A stretch of DNA of 64,000 nucleotides from Anaerolineae bacterium (GTDB lineage Bacteria > Chloroflexota > Anaerolineae > S140-20). Of this stretch, positions 26,769 to 37,119 are shown piece by piece. The notes beneath the pieces were generated by a model, which made no database searches, was not told the origin of the DNA, and saw only the letters and a list, made by a program, of their open reading frames with translations. A program made the translations under genes and the position numbers. The DNA lies in NCBI GenBank assembly GCA_027021705.1, contig JALUTT010000008.1, forward strand, positions 1 through 64,000, given 5' to 3'. The first letter of the stretch is position 1. Each line of letters starts with the position of its first letter.

Positions 26769-29672
26769 CTAGGGGTAGTTTCGCGTCACGATGGGCAGAT
26801 AGATCTCGTACTTCGCGGCCTGAGGCTGAACCACGCCGGTGAGGGCGAAGTCGGTGAAGTGGTTGATCTGCATGGTGACGACGCGGTTCGTCTTGTCCAC
26901 GGTGTAGCCCGCCGGCGCGATCCAGGCACCGGAGACGCTGGAGTAGTAGGCGGGGCGGATGTCGTCCTCGGTCAGGCCGGGCGGGAGCTGATTCGGGTCG
27001 TAGCGGAACTTGATGATCACGTTGCTCCGGAAGGGCCCGTTGAGCCCCCGATTGGTGCCGGCCACGGTGGCGTTGAGGGCGTACTTGAAGTCCGTGGTGA
27101 CGGCATCCCCTGACCGGTTCAGGTCCCGGGCCCTGGGCGTGATGTAGAGGGTGACCTTGCCCGTGTCGGTCACCGCCTTGGCCGGGATGTCTATCTCCGT
27201 GCCGTCATCCAGGACGACCTTGAAGGGCTTGTCCGCGTCAAAGGTCACGGCCATCTGCTGGGGCACCGCCACGTTGGCCGACTTCAGCGTCAGGTTGACG
27301 CCGGTCACATCGGTGTTGCCCACCGTGACCGTCACCTCGTCGGACTCCCAGAGGTTGCCCTGGTCGTCGGTCCACATCGCCCCAACGTGCCAGGTGCTGT
27401 TGGGCGCGACGGTCAGGGTGAAGCTGCCGCTCTCGTCTACGTAGGCGTCGCTACCGCCCCCGTTCTCCTCCCAGCTCCAGACGTAGGTGAAGGTATCGGT
27501 GAAGGGCATCGTGCCGGAGAGCACCTGTCCCTGGATCTTCACGCTGGCCTGGCGGAACTGGAGGGTCAGCGGGTCGGGGGTCTGCCCGCTCACCGTGACC
27601 GTCACCGTCTGCATCGGGGGTTCGATCCAGGCCCCCGCCTGATCCGGCGGCACGCCGGCGCCCACCTGGTAGACGTTCGCCGGCAGGGTCATCGTGAACC
27701 GCCCGCTCCCGTCGGTATCCTCGTAGAACCAGAGCCCCTCAGCCGCGTTGAAGGCGTAGGCCGTGGTGTGGGAGATCGGAGCACCGCTGGGCGACAGGAC
27801 CTGGCCGGTGAGGGTGGCGTTGGTGGGCATGAGGTCGAAGTCGCGCTGCACGTCTTGGTTACCCACGGTGACGGGCGTGTCGGCGTAGTCTCCCACGTTG
27901 GCGTAAGGCCCCTCCCAGATGATGTAGTTCAGGAACCAGTCGCCAGAGGAGACGGTGAGGGTGTAGACGTTTTGCCCGTTCTTGAACTCGATGGGAGCAC
28001 TGCGGAAGGCGCCGGTGTCGGGGTTGAAGCCGTACACCTCGCCCTCCAGCGGGGAGGCGATAGGCGCACCGTTGGCGGTGAAGGTACCGTAGATGGACCG
28101 GGTATCGCGGGTGAGGGTGAAGATCACCGTCTGAGTCATCCCCGCCCCCGCGCTGAAGGTAACCGTCTGGGTGTAGGGGGTGACGGAGAACTCGGCCTCC
28201 GGGGGCAGGTAGAGCCCCACGTAGACGCTATCGCCGGGGTTGGCAGCCACCGCTATGTTGAACCGGCCCCGGTCCACCGGCCCGTCGCTCAGCGGCGCCA
28301 TCCACTCGTCCATCCCCGGCTCCTGGGCGTAGGCCCAGCCGTAGAAGTCGGTGGCCAGATTACCGTTCTGATCCACCACCCGTCCGAGGAGGCGGGCATC
28401 GGCACCCATCGCCTGGAAGTCCACATCGGTCACGTGGGAGCTGTTGTCGGGCACCCAAACGGTCTGGTGGGAGGGCGTGAGCTGATAGGGCGCATCGGAG
28501 GGCAGCCACGGCTCCACCTCCCAGAGGCCGGCCGAGACGGTGAGGGTGTAGTAACCACCGGCATCGGTGGAGGCGAAAGCGAAGCCCATCCCTTCCTCCT
28601 CCCAGGCGGCCACGCTCACGTTCGGGACACCCACCCCATTGTGAGTGATCCGACCGCTAATGAGTGCTCCCCGGGTCTCCAGGCAGATGTCGCCCAGGTC
28701 CAGGTCGCCGTCAACCGAGTAAGGCCCCCAGGTGCCAGCCGGCAGGATGAGGGGCATGTCCGTCCACAGGTACAGGTAGTAGGTACCCGCCGGGACGGTG
28801 ATGGTGAAGTAACCACTTCCATCCGGTTCTGCCACGTTACCCTCGCCCGTCTCGCTGTAGGCTTCCATCAAAACCTGGTAGGCCAGGGTACCGAGCGTAC
28901 CCGGTGCGCAACCCGGCGGGAGCAGCCGACCGATGATCCGGCTCTCGGCAGCTCCGACGGTGAAGGTGATGGACTTGGTCTCGGCCATCCCATTGTCTTC
29001 GAACGAGACGGTCTTGGGAAAGCCGGTGTATTCCCAGTCAGTACTCCAATCCATAGGTTCGACCCAGACGTCCCAGGTGCCAGGAGCCACCTCCAGGTCC
29101 ACCTCACCCGAGGCATTCACCATCCCGGAAGCGACGGAGGGGTCGTCTATACCGGTGGCGTAGACCTCGGCGTCGGTCACCGGAGAGCCGTCGCTCTTCT
29201 GGACCTTCACGTGGATAGTCTTCTTGCCCGACGTCTGGGCCGTAGAGCTAAACTGGAAGGTCATCGAGAGGTACTGCCCAGACTGAATGGTCACAGTTAT
29301 CGGGGCCGGGGCCATCCAGTCGGGGTGGTTGGCAGGGGGGTCGAGCATTACCCAGTAGGTGCCCGTGAAAGGCACGTTGATGGAGAACCAACCGTTGGCA
29401 TTGGTCCAAGTCTCGAAGTCACTATACCGATCGGGGAACTCTTCAGGGCCCTCGAGGCCTATCCAGGCCCCATTGGCCGGCGTGGTGCCGTCGGGAGCGT
29501 AGACATATCCTTGCAATCCCTGGGCGCTGGTGGGGCCGATGGTCGGGGCAGAATTGGGAGAAGTTGTCTTGCCGAAGGCTAGCGCGGGGAACAGACCAAC
29601 GAGGAGAATGAGCGCGATCACCAAGCTCCCAGCCAAAGCCGCCTGCCGCCAAAATGCCTGCTTGCTATCCAT
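26769..29672 (-). CDS. Large secreted beta-sandwich repeat protein (carboxypeptidase regulatory-like repeats) with C-terminal IYLPIV motif
   Basis: Signal peptide; repeated G.V....G.P / TD..G.F.LTV units; HFTDFAL; YEIYLPIVTR tail. Confidence 0.85.
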   Translation of the reverse strand: MDSKQAFWRQAALAGSLVIALILLVGLFPALAFGKTTSPNSAPTIGPTSAQGLQGYVYAPDGTTPANGAWIGLEGPEEFPDRYSDFETWTNANGWFSINVPFTGTYWVMLDPPANHPDWMAPAPITVTIQSGQYLSMTFQFSSTAQTSGKKTIHVKVQKSDGSPVTDAEVYATGIDDPSVASGMVNASGEVDLEVAPGTWDVWVEPMDWSTDWEYTGFPKTVSFEDNGMAETKSITFTVGAAESRIIGRLLPPGCAPGTLGTLAYQVLMEAYSETGEGNVAEPDGSGYFTITVPAGTYYLYLWTDMPLILPAGTWGPYSVDGDLDLGDICLETRGALISGRITHNGVGVPNVSVAAWEEEGMGFAFASTDAGGYYTLTVSAGLWEVEPWLPSDAPYQLTPSHQTVWVPDNSSHVTDVDFQAMGADARLLGRVVDQNGNLATDFYGWAYAQEPGMDEWMAPLSDGPVDRGRFNIAVAANPGDSVYVGLYLPPEAEFSVTPYTQTVTFSAGAGMTQTVIFTLTRDTRSIYGTFTANGAPIASPLEGEVYGFNPDTGAFRSAPIEFKNGQNVYTLTVSSGDWFLNYIIWEGPYANVGDYADTPVTVGNQDVQRDFDLMPTNATLTGQVLSPSGAPISHTTAYAFNAAEGLWFYEDTDGSGRFTMTLPANVYQVGAGVPPDQAGAWIEPPMQTVTVTVSGQTPDPLTLQFRQASVKIQGQVLSGTMPFTDTFTYVWSWEENGGGSDAYVDESGSFTLTVAPNSTWHVGAMWTDDQGNLWESDEVTVTVGNTDVTGVNLTLKSANVAVPQQMAVTFDADKPFKVVLDDGTEIDIPAKAVTDTGKVTLYITPRARDLNRSGDAVTTDFKYALNATVAGTNRGLNGPFRSNVIIKFRYDPNQLPPGLTEDDIRPAYYSSVSGAWIAPAGYTVDKTNRVVTMQINHFTDFALTGVVQPQAAKYEIYLPIVTRNYP

Positions 29673-29965
29673 ACAACCCTCCTCGGTTCAAGCTTCAACA
29701 GTACACGAATTGAAGGCTCTGCGTAGGACAAGACTCACACCAGAGGACACCGATGGGGAGAGGTCCGAGGAACGATCACAGGGACAAGGCATCACCTCCC
29801 TTCACAAACATAATGACTGTGGATGCGCCCAAGGGGGATAGCACCCCCTTTATACCCGGCAAGCGTGAATTTTTCGTGAAGGCGTCGCTCCGGCAAAGAG
29901 GGAGAGGTGCTCACCTCCGACACCTTCCTTCCGGTAGCCCTGGGCTTTTGTGAGAACGCGGCTCC

Positions 29966-32900
29966 CTACCCTCCTAGGAGTTCTTGGACTTGCCGGGCCT
30001 CTTCTTCCTTTCCAGCGAGGGTGAACAGTTCGGCAGCCCTCTCCAGGCAGGCCCGGCCTCGGGCGATGGTCTCCCCCTCGTCCTGGGCCTGACCTTGCTC
30101 CACCAACCAGCGACCATATCCGGCCCAGGCGCGGGCCAGTTCTCCCGGATCACCGGCCTCTTCCAAGAGGGCAATGCTTTTCCGGTAGGCCTCCTCGGCT
30201 TGGGGGGCGTTCAGTTGGGCGTAGGCAGCGGCCAGCGCCCGCCAGGCCAAGGCCAGGGCCGGTTGGTTGTCCAGGGCGTCCGCCAGTTGACGGGCGGCCT
30301 CTGCGTGTTCCAGGGCTTCCTCCGGCCTTCCCTGAATCAGCAGCACCTCGCTGAGGTTGCGATGGGGGTCTATCAGGTGGGGCTTGCTGCCCAGCGCGGC
30401 GAAGCCCTCAATGGCCTTCCGCAGGTAGCTCTCGGCTTGCTCGTAATCCCCTAGGCCCAAAGCGGCTTCCCCTAGATTGCTGTAGCACTGGGCCACCCCC
30501 CACCGGTCGCCCATCTCCTGCCGCAGGGCCAGGCTACGCCGGTAGTAGTCCACAGCTTGCTGGTAGCGGCCCTGCTTGTAGCTCACGGTTCCCAGGTTGT
30601 TGTACGATGCTGCGATGCCGTAGGACTCGCCGATGCGCTGACGGATCTCTAGGCTGCGGTGCAAGTAAGCGGAAGTCTGGTCGTACTGCCCTTGCTGCCA
30701 GTAGACGAAGGCCAAGTTGTTGTAAGAGTTGGCCAGGCCGGGCAGATCCTGCAGGGCTTCTCGCAGCCGGATGCTCGCTTTGTGGAATTCAACGGCCTCG
30801 GTGTAGTTCCCTCGCGAGGAGGCGATGCTCCCCAGGGTGTGGTAGAGCTCGGCCCGGGCCCGCTGCACCCCTTCGTCCTCCGGCCAGTCCTTCAGGTACT
30901 CCAGCCCCCGCCCGCAGTACTCCAGAGCCTGATCGTACTCCCCCCGCCGCATCAGTACCCATCCCATAGCCCCGTAGATGCGAGAGACCTCCAGAGAGGC
31001 AGGCTCTTCTCGCAATAGATCCATCGCCCGATGCAGATGCTCCAGGGCCCGATCGTACCGCCCCTGCCGCTCGTAAGCTCGGGCGATTCGGCGCAACAGG
31101 GACGCCCGCTGCTCCGAGGAACCGGCGACCTCCAGGGCCTGCCGGTAGCAACGCAGCGCCTCCTCGTAGCGACCGATGTGCTGATAGACATCGCCCAGGG
31201 ACCGGTGGGCCTCTGCTGCGCGGGGATCGTGGGGAGCGATCTCCAGCGCCCGCCGGTAGTAGGCGATGGCCGACTCATTGGCGTACTTGCTCCGGGCTTC
31301 GTCCCCGGCCAGGAGCAGGTAATGGACCGCTTTGTCCCACCGCTGTCCCTGGTCGTAGTGATGGGCCAGCAGGTCGTAGACCTGGGCCGGGTTATCGGCG
31401 TAGTGCTCCTCGATGTAGGCCCCGATCTTGCGGTGTAGTTCCCGGCGGATGGCGAAGAGCAGGGTCTCGTAGGTCACCTCCCGAACGAGGACGTGCCGAA
31501 AGAGGTACTCCAACACCGGCGACACCCTCTCCAAGAGGGTCATCCCTTCCTCTTCCAGGGCTTCCAGGCGGGTGCGGAGTTCCTCCTCGCTCACCCGGTG
31601 AGGGTAGACGCCGTGCAGGAGATCGAAGCCGAAGCGAACGCCAATGACCGAGGCGACTTGGAGGGTGTTCCGTTCGGGTGCCGGCAGGCGGTCCAGACGG
31701 CTGATGATCAACCCACTGATAGTTTCAGGAAGCTCCAGTTGGGCAAGGTCAGGCTTTACCCGCCACTCCCCATCCGCCTCCGGCATGAGGATGCCGGAGT
31801 CCACGAGCACGCGGGTGATCTCTTCGATGAAGAAGGGATTGCCTTTGCACTTCTCCTCGACGATGGTCTCCAGGAGGGGCGGGAGGGTCTGAGCGTGCAG
31901 GAGTACGCGGGCCAGTTCCTTGCCCTCCTGAGGGGGAAGCTCCCGCAAGAGAATGGTGGTGCAGTGCTCTCCCCGCATCCAGGCCTCTGTCGGCAGATCA
32001 GGGCGGTAGATGAGGAGCAGGAGGATGGGGTCGGCGGTGATGTTGCGGGCCACGTAGGCCAGCAACTCCCGAGAGGCCCTGTCCATCCACTGCATGTCCT
32101 CGAGGATCAGCACCAGAGGACGGTGGGAGGCTTCGATCCGCAGGATCTCGAGGACCATGGCGAAGAGGCGGCGCTGCCGGAGCTGAGGGTCCAGAGAGCG
32201 GGTGAGCACATTGTCTGGGACTTCCAGGCCCAACACCTGCCCTAGGATGGGGGCCCAGTCCACCAGGCGGGGAGCCACCTCATCCAGATGGGCGAGCAGC
32301 CGGGAGGCGGTGACCGACAGGGATTCATCGCCATACAGGTCCAGGCATGCCTTCAGCAGTTCCACCCAGGGGTGATAGGGGGAGTGGGTCGCGTAGGAGA
32401 GGCTGGTACCCTGTAGCACCCGCATGCCCTGCTTCTGGCAGTAGTCCCGTAGCGCCTCGGCCAGGCGTGTCTTGCCGACGCCGGCCTCCCCCACGATGGA
32501 CAGGACCTGTCCCTGCCCCTGCCGGGCCCGGTCGGCGACGGCCTGGGCCTGGGCCAGTTCCCGGGTCCGGCCAACGAGGGGTGTCTGCACCCGACGATGG
32601 ACCCGCTCCTGCACGGCGATCACCTGGCTGATGGAAACGGGCATGCGCTTCCCCTTCACCCGCACCGGTTCCATCTCCCGGCAGACGACGAGATCGGCCA
32701 CCCAGTGACGGGTCGCCCGGCTGACGATGATCTGACCGGACCGGGCGATGGCCATCAGGCGAGCTGCCAAGTTCACCTCGTCCCCCATCACCGTGTACTC
32801 ACGGCGGATGGGACTGCCTACGTTGCCCGCGACGACGTAGCCGGTGTTGATGCCAATGCGCTGCCGGAGGGGGAAGGTGCCCTGGGGTGTCTCGATGGCC

Positions 32901-34099
32901 TGGAACGCCTCCATGGCGGCCTGCATCTCCAGGGCTGCCCGCACCGCCCGCTCGGGATCGTCCTCGTGGGCCTCGGGCGCACCAAAGAGGGCCATGATGC
33001 GGTGGCCAACGGCGTAGGTATCCAGTTTGTTCACCACCCCTCCGTAGCGGGCTAAGATGCCCTGCATCGTGGTGAAGTGGCGGTCAAGGGTTTCGATGAT
33101 CAGAGCGCTGCCCTCCTCGCCCAAGGTCTCGATCATCTCGTCTACGCCGTAGAAGTTGGCGAAAAGGATGGTGACCGGTCGGAACTCCCCCTCCAGCTCA
33201 GCCCCCTCCACCAACCTTTCCAGCAGACCCTCAGGCAGGTAGGGGGTCAGGCGATCCAGTTGGGCAACGGCCAGGGCCAAGCTCGTTGGCGGGGGAAAAG
33301 GGGAAGGGGGTGCTGTAGGCGATGGAGACGAGAGGATGCGCCGAACAGGGTGATAGCCCTCACGGGACGGGCCTACGACAATCCGATCCCCCACGGCGGC
33401 ACGCGCTTCCTCGTTGATGACCACTTCTCCGGCCCCGGCTCGGTCCTCGGCGTGGGCCATCTCCCGCACGGCATGGCCCATCACCGCGTACTCCCGTCGC
33501 TCTCGGGTGCCCACGCTGGCTGCGAAGAGGGGGCCCGTCCCCAGCCCTACCGTCATCCGCAGGGAGAAGGTCTGGCCGAAGACCTCCACCTGCCGGAAGC
33601 GGTGCATCCTCTCCTGCATCGTCAGCGCTGCCTGGATGGCTCGCAGGGCGTGCTCCTCCCCCAGGAAGAGGGCCATAATCGCGTCACCGCCGAACTTGAG
33701 CAGCAGGCCATCGTAGGTGAGGAGGGGGGTTAGCATCTCCGTGAAATAGTCATCCACGATGCCTGTGATCTTCTCCGCCCCCTCCCGCCGCCGATCTTGG
33801 CCCCGCTCCTGGTGGGAGAGGGCCTCGGTCATCGCGGTGAAGCCGCTGATGTCGGCGAAGAGGGCCGTCCCGTACAGAAAGGCACCCCGCACGTGCTCTG
33901 GGGGAGGAACAGCGATCTCCTGGGCCACCAGGTGACGGGGCAGGTAGGTGACCACCACGTCCCGGAGGGCGGTCAGATGGGCCAGGAGGTGACGCTCCAT
34001 CTCCGGTGGGAGCTCCGTCAGATCCACCGGAAGCCGACGGCGCAATGCGGAGGGGAGATAGGGGTGTAGGGATTCTGAAGGTAACGGGGGAGAGGGCAT
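29966..34099 (-). CDS. Tandem class III adenylyl cyclase + STAND NTPase + TPR (soluble-AC-like architecture)
   Basis: FADISGFT, KFGGDA, EYTVMGDEVNLAARL, GEAGVGKTRL, LEDMQWMD, GNPFF, multiple TPRs. Confidence 0.92.
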   Translation of the reverse strand: MPSPPLPSESLHPYLPSALRRRLPVDLTELPPEMERHLLAHLTALRDVVVTYLPRHLVAQEIAVPPPEHVRGAFLYGTALFADISGFTAMTEALSHQERGQDRRREGAEKITGIVDDYFTEMLTPLLTYDGLLLKFGGDAIMALFLGEEHALRAIQAALTMQERMHRFRQVEVFGQTFSLRMTVGLGTGPLFAASVGTRERREYAVMGHAVREMAHAEDRAGAGEVVINEEARAAVGDRIVVGPSREGYHPVRRILSSPSPTAPPSPFPPPTSLALAVAQLDRLTPYLPEGLLERLVEGAELEGEFRPVTILFANFYGVDEMIETLGEEGSALIIETLDRHFTTMQGILARYGGVVNKLDTYAVGHRIMALFGAPEAHEDDPERAVRAALEMQAAMEAFQAIETPQGTFPLRQRIGINTGYVVAGNVGSPIRREYTVMGDEVNLAARLMAIARSGQIIVSRATRHWVADLVVCREMEPVRVKGKRMPVSISQVIAVQERVHRRVQTPLVGRTRELAQAQAVADRARQGQGQVLSIVGEAGVGKTRLAEALRDYCQKQGMRVLQGTSLSYATHSPYHPWVELLKACLDLYGDESLSVTASRLLAHLDEVAPRLVDWAPILGQVLGLEVPDNVLTRSLDPQLRQRRLFAMVLEILRIEASHRPLVLILEDMQWMDRASRELLAYVARNITADPILLLLIYRPDLPTEAWMRGEHCTTILLRELPPQEGKELARVLLHAQTLPPLLETIVEEKCKGNPFFIEEITRVLVDSGILMPEADGEWRVKPDLAQLELPETISGLIISRLDRLPAPERNTLQVASVIGVRFGFDLLHGVYPHRVSEEELRTRLEALEEEGMTLLERVSPVLEYLFRHVLVREVTYETLLFAIRRELHRKIGAYIEEHYADNPAQVYDLLAHHYDQGQRWDKAVHYLLLAGDEARSKYANESAIAYYRRALEIAPHDPRAAEAHRSLGDVYQHIGRYEEALRCYRQALEVAGSSEQRASLLRRIARAYERQGRYDRALEHLHRAMDLLREEPASLEVSRIYGAMGWVLMRRGEYDQALEYCGRGLEYLKDWPEDEGVQRARAELYHTLGSIASSRGNYTEAVEFHKASIRLREALQDLPGLANSYNNLAFVYWQQGQYDQTSAYLHRSLEIRQRIGESYGIAASYNNLGTVSYKQGRYQQAVDYYRRSLALRQEMGDRWGVAQCYSNLGEAALGLGDYEQAESYLRKAIEGFAALGSKPHLIDPHRNLSEVLLIQGRPEEALEHAEAARQLADALDNQPALALAWRALAAAYAQLNAPQAEEAYRKSIALLEEAGDPGELARAWAGYGRWLVEQGQAQDEGETIARGRACLERAAELFTLAGKEEEARQVQELLGG

Positions 34100-34117
34100 C
34101 GTTGAAGCGGCGTTGGG

Positions 34118-34552
34118 TTAACGGGAGAGGCGGCGCAGCGCCGGCTCGTACTCGGTGATGGTCGCACGCCAGCTTTCCGGGATGGGGCGGGTGGCCCCGA
34201 CGCGGTAGTCGTAGCAGACCGAGACCGTCCGGGCCTGGGCAGCCAGGGCCCCGGCCGCCTCGATGCGGTAGGCCATGTGGAGGCTCTTGTTCCCCAACCG
34301 GCTGACCCGCAGCCAGACGACGACGGGATCGCCGTAGTAGATGGGGCGCTCGTAGGTGCAACAGGCCTCAACGATGATGAAGCCCAGGTCGTCCCAGCGA
34401 CCCGAGGTCCACAGCCCCAACTGGCGGACGTACTCGACGCGGGCCTGTTCCATAAAGCTGAAGTAGGCGGCGTGGTTCACGTGGCCCTGAGCGTCAATGT
34501 CACGGTAGCGGACGGTGATGGGGATGGAGAAGCGGAAGAGATCGTCGCTCAT
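34118..34552 (-). CDS. Acyl-CoA thioesterase (4HBT/YbgC-like)
   Basis: VRYRDIDAQGHVNHAAYFSFMEQAR; GGAGG RBS. Confidence 0.9.
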   Translation of the reverse strand: MSDDLFRFSIPITVRYRDIDAQGHVNHAAYFSFMEQARVEYVRQLGLWTSGRWDDLGFIIVEACCTYERPIYYGDPVVVWLRVSRLGNKSLHMAYRIEAAGALAAQARTVSVCYDYRVGATRPIPESWRATITEYEPALRRLSR

Positions 34553-34962
34553 AGGACCTCCTGTTGGCGATCTTCGGTTCCCTGGAGGGCGCGGGCGATG
34601 CTGGCCCGCAGTTCCTTGACGGTAAAGGGTTTCACCAGGTAATCGGCGACCTCGGCGACCTGGGGCCATATCCCCTCGGTCAGCCCTTCCGTGCGCACCG
34701 TGATAACGATGACGGGGGTATCACGGAGGGCCGGGTCCTGGCGCATCCGATTAAAGACCTCCCAGCCATCAATGTCCGGCAACATCAAGTCCAGCAGGAC
34801 CAGGTCCGGCTGGAGTTCCTTGATGAGCTCCCAACCCTGCTCGCCGGTGAGAGCCCAGGCGAAACGGATATCTTCCTTGCGCAGGATAAGCGCCAACAGG
34901 TCTATCAGCTCACGCTCATCCTCGATGTAAACGATGGTCTTCTGATCCTTCTCTGCGTCCAC
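34549..34962 (-). CDS. Single-domain response regulator (CheY-like)
   Basis: IEDE, LLDLMLPDIDG, DYLVKPF; GTG start inferred from AGGAG RBS. Confidence 0.85.
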   Translation of the reverse strand: MDAEKDQKTIVYIEDERELIDLLALILRKEDIRFAWALTGEQGWELIKELQPDLVLLDLMLPDIDGWEVFNRMRQDPALRDTPVIVITVRTEGLTEGIWPQVAEVADYLVKPFTVKELRASIARALQGTEDRQQEVL

Positions 34963-34966
34963 CTTA

Positions 34967-35677
34967 TCACTCCTGAAACGATGATACGCCTGGCCATTCG
35001 TCATCCTGATCCTCGGCCCAGGCGTGCCGTCCGACCATCGGCACGAAGATGACCGGGACGAGCTGCTCCTGCACCCACTGCTTGCCCTTTCGGGTGAGCC
35101 GGATCAGCATCTGGTCGTAGCGATTGCCCACGGGGCCGACAAGGCGTCCCCCGTCGGCCAGTTGTTGGCGAAGGGGGAGGGGGATCGTGGGAGGGGCAGC
35201 GGTCATCAGGATGGCATCGAAGGGGGCTTCCTCCGGCCAGCCGGCGCTCCCATCGCCCACCCGGATGGACACATTTCGGTATCCCAGCTCGGCCAGGCGG
35301 CGGCGGGCTCTCTCGGCTAGAGAGGCATAACGCTCGATGCTGTAGACCCAGCGGGCCAGCAGACTCAAGATGGCGGTCTGGTACCCTGAACCGGTACCTA
35401 TCTCCAGGACCTTCTCATCTCCCTTGAGCTGTAGGGCGGCTGTCATATAGGCCACGATGTAGGGCTGGGAGATGGTCTGGCCTTCACCGATGGGCAGGGG
35501 GCGATCCTCGTAGGCGAGGTGACGGCGATCCTCGGGGACGAAGAGGTGGCGAGGCACCCGTCGCATCGCCTCAATCACCCGTTCGTCCCGGATCCCCCGG
35601 GCGACGATCTGCTGCTGGACCATCCGCTCGCGGCGGGCCGCGTAGTCATGGGCACGCATCCCTCGATTGGGCCCCAT
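34967..35677 (-). CDS. pcm: Protein-L-isoaspartate O-methyltransferase
   Basis: VPRHLFV, GQTISQPYIVA, LEIGTGSGYQ, APFDAI. Confidence 0.97.
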   Translation of the reverse strand: MGPNRGMRAHDYAARRERMVQQQIVARGIRDERVIEAMRRVPRHLFVPEDRRHLAYEDRPLPIGEGQTISQPYIVAYMTAALQLKGDEKVLEIGTGSGYQTAILSLLARWVYSIERYASLAERARRRLAELGYRNVSIRVGDGSAGWPEEAPFDAILMTAAPPTIPLPLRQQLADGGRLVGPVGNRYDQMLIRLTRKGKQWVQEQLVPVIFVPMVGRHAWAEDQDDEWPGVSSFQE

Positions 35678-35759
35678 CCTGTTCCGCCTTTCAGCCCCCT
35701 TGCGCTCCTATTCGCCTATTATAACACACCTGCCAGGGAAGGGGTAGCCCGTGGGGTCT

Positions 35760-35909
35760 GGTGATTACCTACACCTGAGCGAGCGAATGGGCCATAGCGG
35801 GCCGTCTATGAGTTTTCTCGAATGCACGAATGGGGTGGTTCCTAACTCGTGTATTCGTACCCTATTCGTGGACGGCTAATCTCTCACCCCCAAGATATGG
35901 GTAATCATC
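35760..35909. mobile_element. ~150-bp MITE-like element, copy 2 (opposite orientation, more diverged)
   Basis: GGTGATTACC...TGGGTAATCATC ends; reverse complement aligns with 16343-16494. Confidence 0.8.
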
Positions 35910-35954
35910 AGTGGGAGGTCTTGTCAGAGAACTGATGGACCCTGCCGGAACCGG

Positions 35955-36818
35955 TCACGAGGCCAGGCGCAGATAGGGGTCCCGCTGACCCAGCAACCCC
36001 CTCACCAGGTAGTAGAGGGCGTAGAGCTCTAGGGCGAAAGGCAGGTATCCCCCGTAGCCCAGCAGGGGCATCTCGAAGATGCGCAGGAAATCCACAAAGG
36101 GGATGGTGTAAACCCACTTGGGAAAGGCCCAGTAGTTCCAGAACTCCCAGAAGAAGGCACAAAGCAGCACCCCGGCCCAGAGGGAGGCGACGGAACGCCA
36201 GTCGCCCCGGGCCGTCTCCTCCAGGAGCGTTCGGTGTCCCAGCCAGGCGTTGACCGGCTCCAGAATGAAGAAGAGGGAGAGCCAGATAAAGGGGAAGCCG
36301 TAGCGGGGCCAGGTCCAGAGCACCGCCAGCATCAGCCAGCCGGCCAGGAAGAAGCCCAGGAGCAGCCGGCGCGTCGGGCGCAGCCGGGGGCCGTGGCGGA
36401 AGCGCTGGATGAAGGAGCAGGTAGACGCCAGTTCGGCAGCTTCGAAGACGGCCGGCAGGACCGTGGAGAAGGCCAGGCTGGCCAACAAGGCATACTCTAG
36501 ATCGCTGAAGAGCTCCCGGCCCACGTAGTGCCAGTTCTGAGTGCGCCAGTTCAGCAACTCGAAGAGCCACCAGATGGGGGCAGAGAGGACAAAGAGCCCC
36601 ACGAAAGCCTGCCAACGGCGGGTGAGGAGGGAGTGCCCTCGCCGTCGCCAGACCAGGGCATCGAGGGTGAGGACCAGGCCGGTCCACAGAGGGAAAAAGG
36701 TGAAGTGGGTCCGGGGGCCTGGTAGGAACCACGTGAGGGGCCAGAAGAGGGTGATCAGGAAAAGCCCCAACCAGCCGTGGCGGGGCCAGGGACGGGGACG
36801 GACGAGGATACGAGTCAT
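35955..36818 (-). CDS. Conserved integral membrane protein
   Basis: Multiple TM segments; internal repeat WWLFELLN..QNWHY / FFWEFWN...KWVY; EMPLLGY. Confidence 0.85.
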   Translation of the reverse strand: MTRILVRPRPWPRHGWLGLFLITLFWPLTWFLPGPRTHFTFFPLWTGLVLTLDALVWRRRGHSLLTRRWQAFVGLFVLSAPIWWLFELLNWRTQNWHYVGRELFSDLEYALLASLAFSTVLPAVFEAAELASTCSFIQRFRHGPRLRPTRRLLLGFFLAGWLMLAVLWTWPRYGFPFIWLSLFFILEPVNAWLGHRTLLEETARGDWRSVASLWAGVLLCAFFWEFWNYWAFPKWVYTIPFVDFLRIFEMPLLGYGGYLPFALELYALYYLVRGLLGQRDPYLRLAS

Positions 36819-36853
36819 GCCGCGCCTCCTCTCTTCACTCGCTCTCCAGTCGC

Positions 36854-37004
36854 TCAGTCAGGCACCGTGCTGAAGGGATCAGGCGTTGCTGGATCCAGCC
36901 CCAGCGTGACCGCCATCTGCTCGGTGCTTTGGTCTACCACAAACTCCGCCCAGAGGGGGAAGTGGTCCGAGATTCGGTACGACATCTGCCGCGTAGCTTA
37001 CCAT
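36854..37004 (-). pseudogene. Internally deleted endonuclease/exonuclease/phosphatase-family remnant
   Basis: Promoter + RBS + ATG(MVSY) joined out of frame to MSYRISDHFPLWAEF...PD* (36854-36985); SDHxP is the EEP C-terminal catalytic motif. Confidence 0.6.
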
Positions 37005-37119
37005 CTCCACCTTCTGTACACCCTATTGTATAACCTACCGGGGCAGGAGGCAAGGGGAATGTTGCAGAGTTGATGTTTTCCGTGTTTCGAGGTAAACTCT
37101 GGGGGAAGACCGAGCCGGT

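Noticed and set aside
27387..29582. 731-aa + strand ORF
   Set aside because: Antisense shadow of the secreted protein
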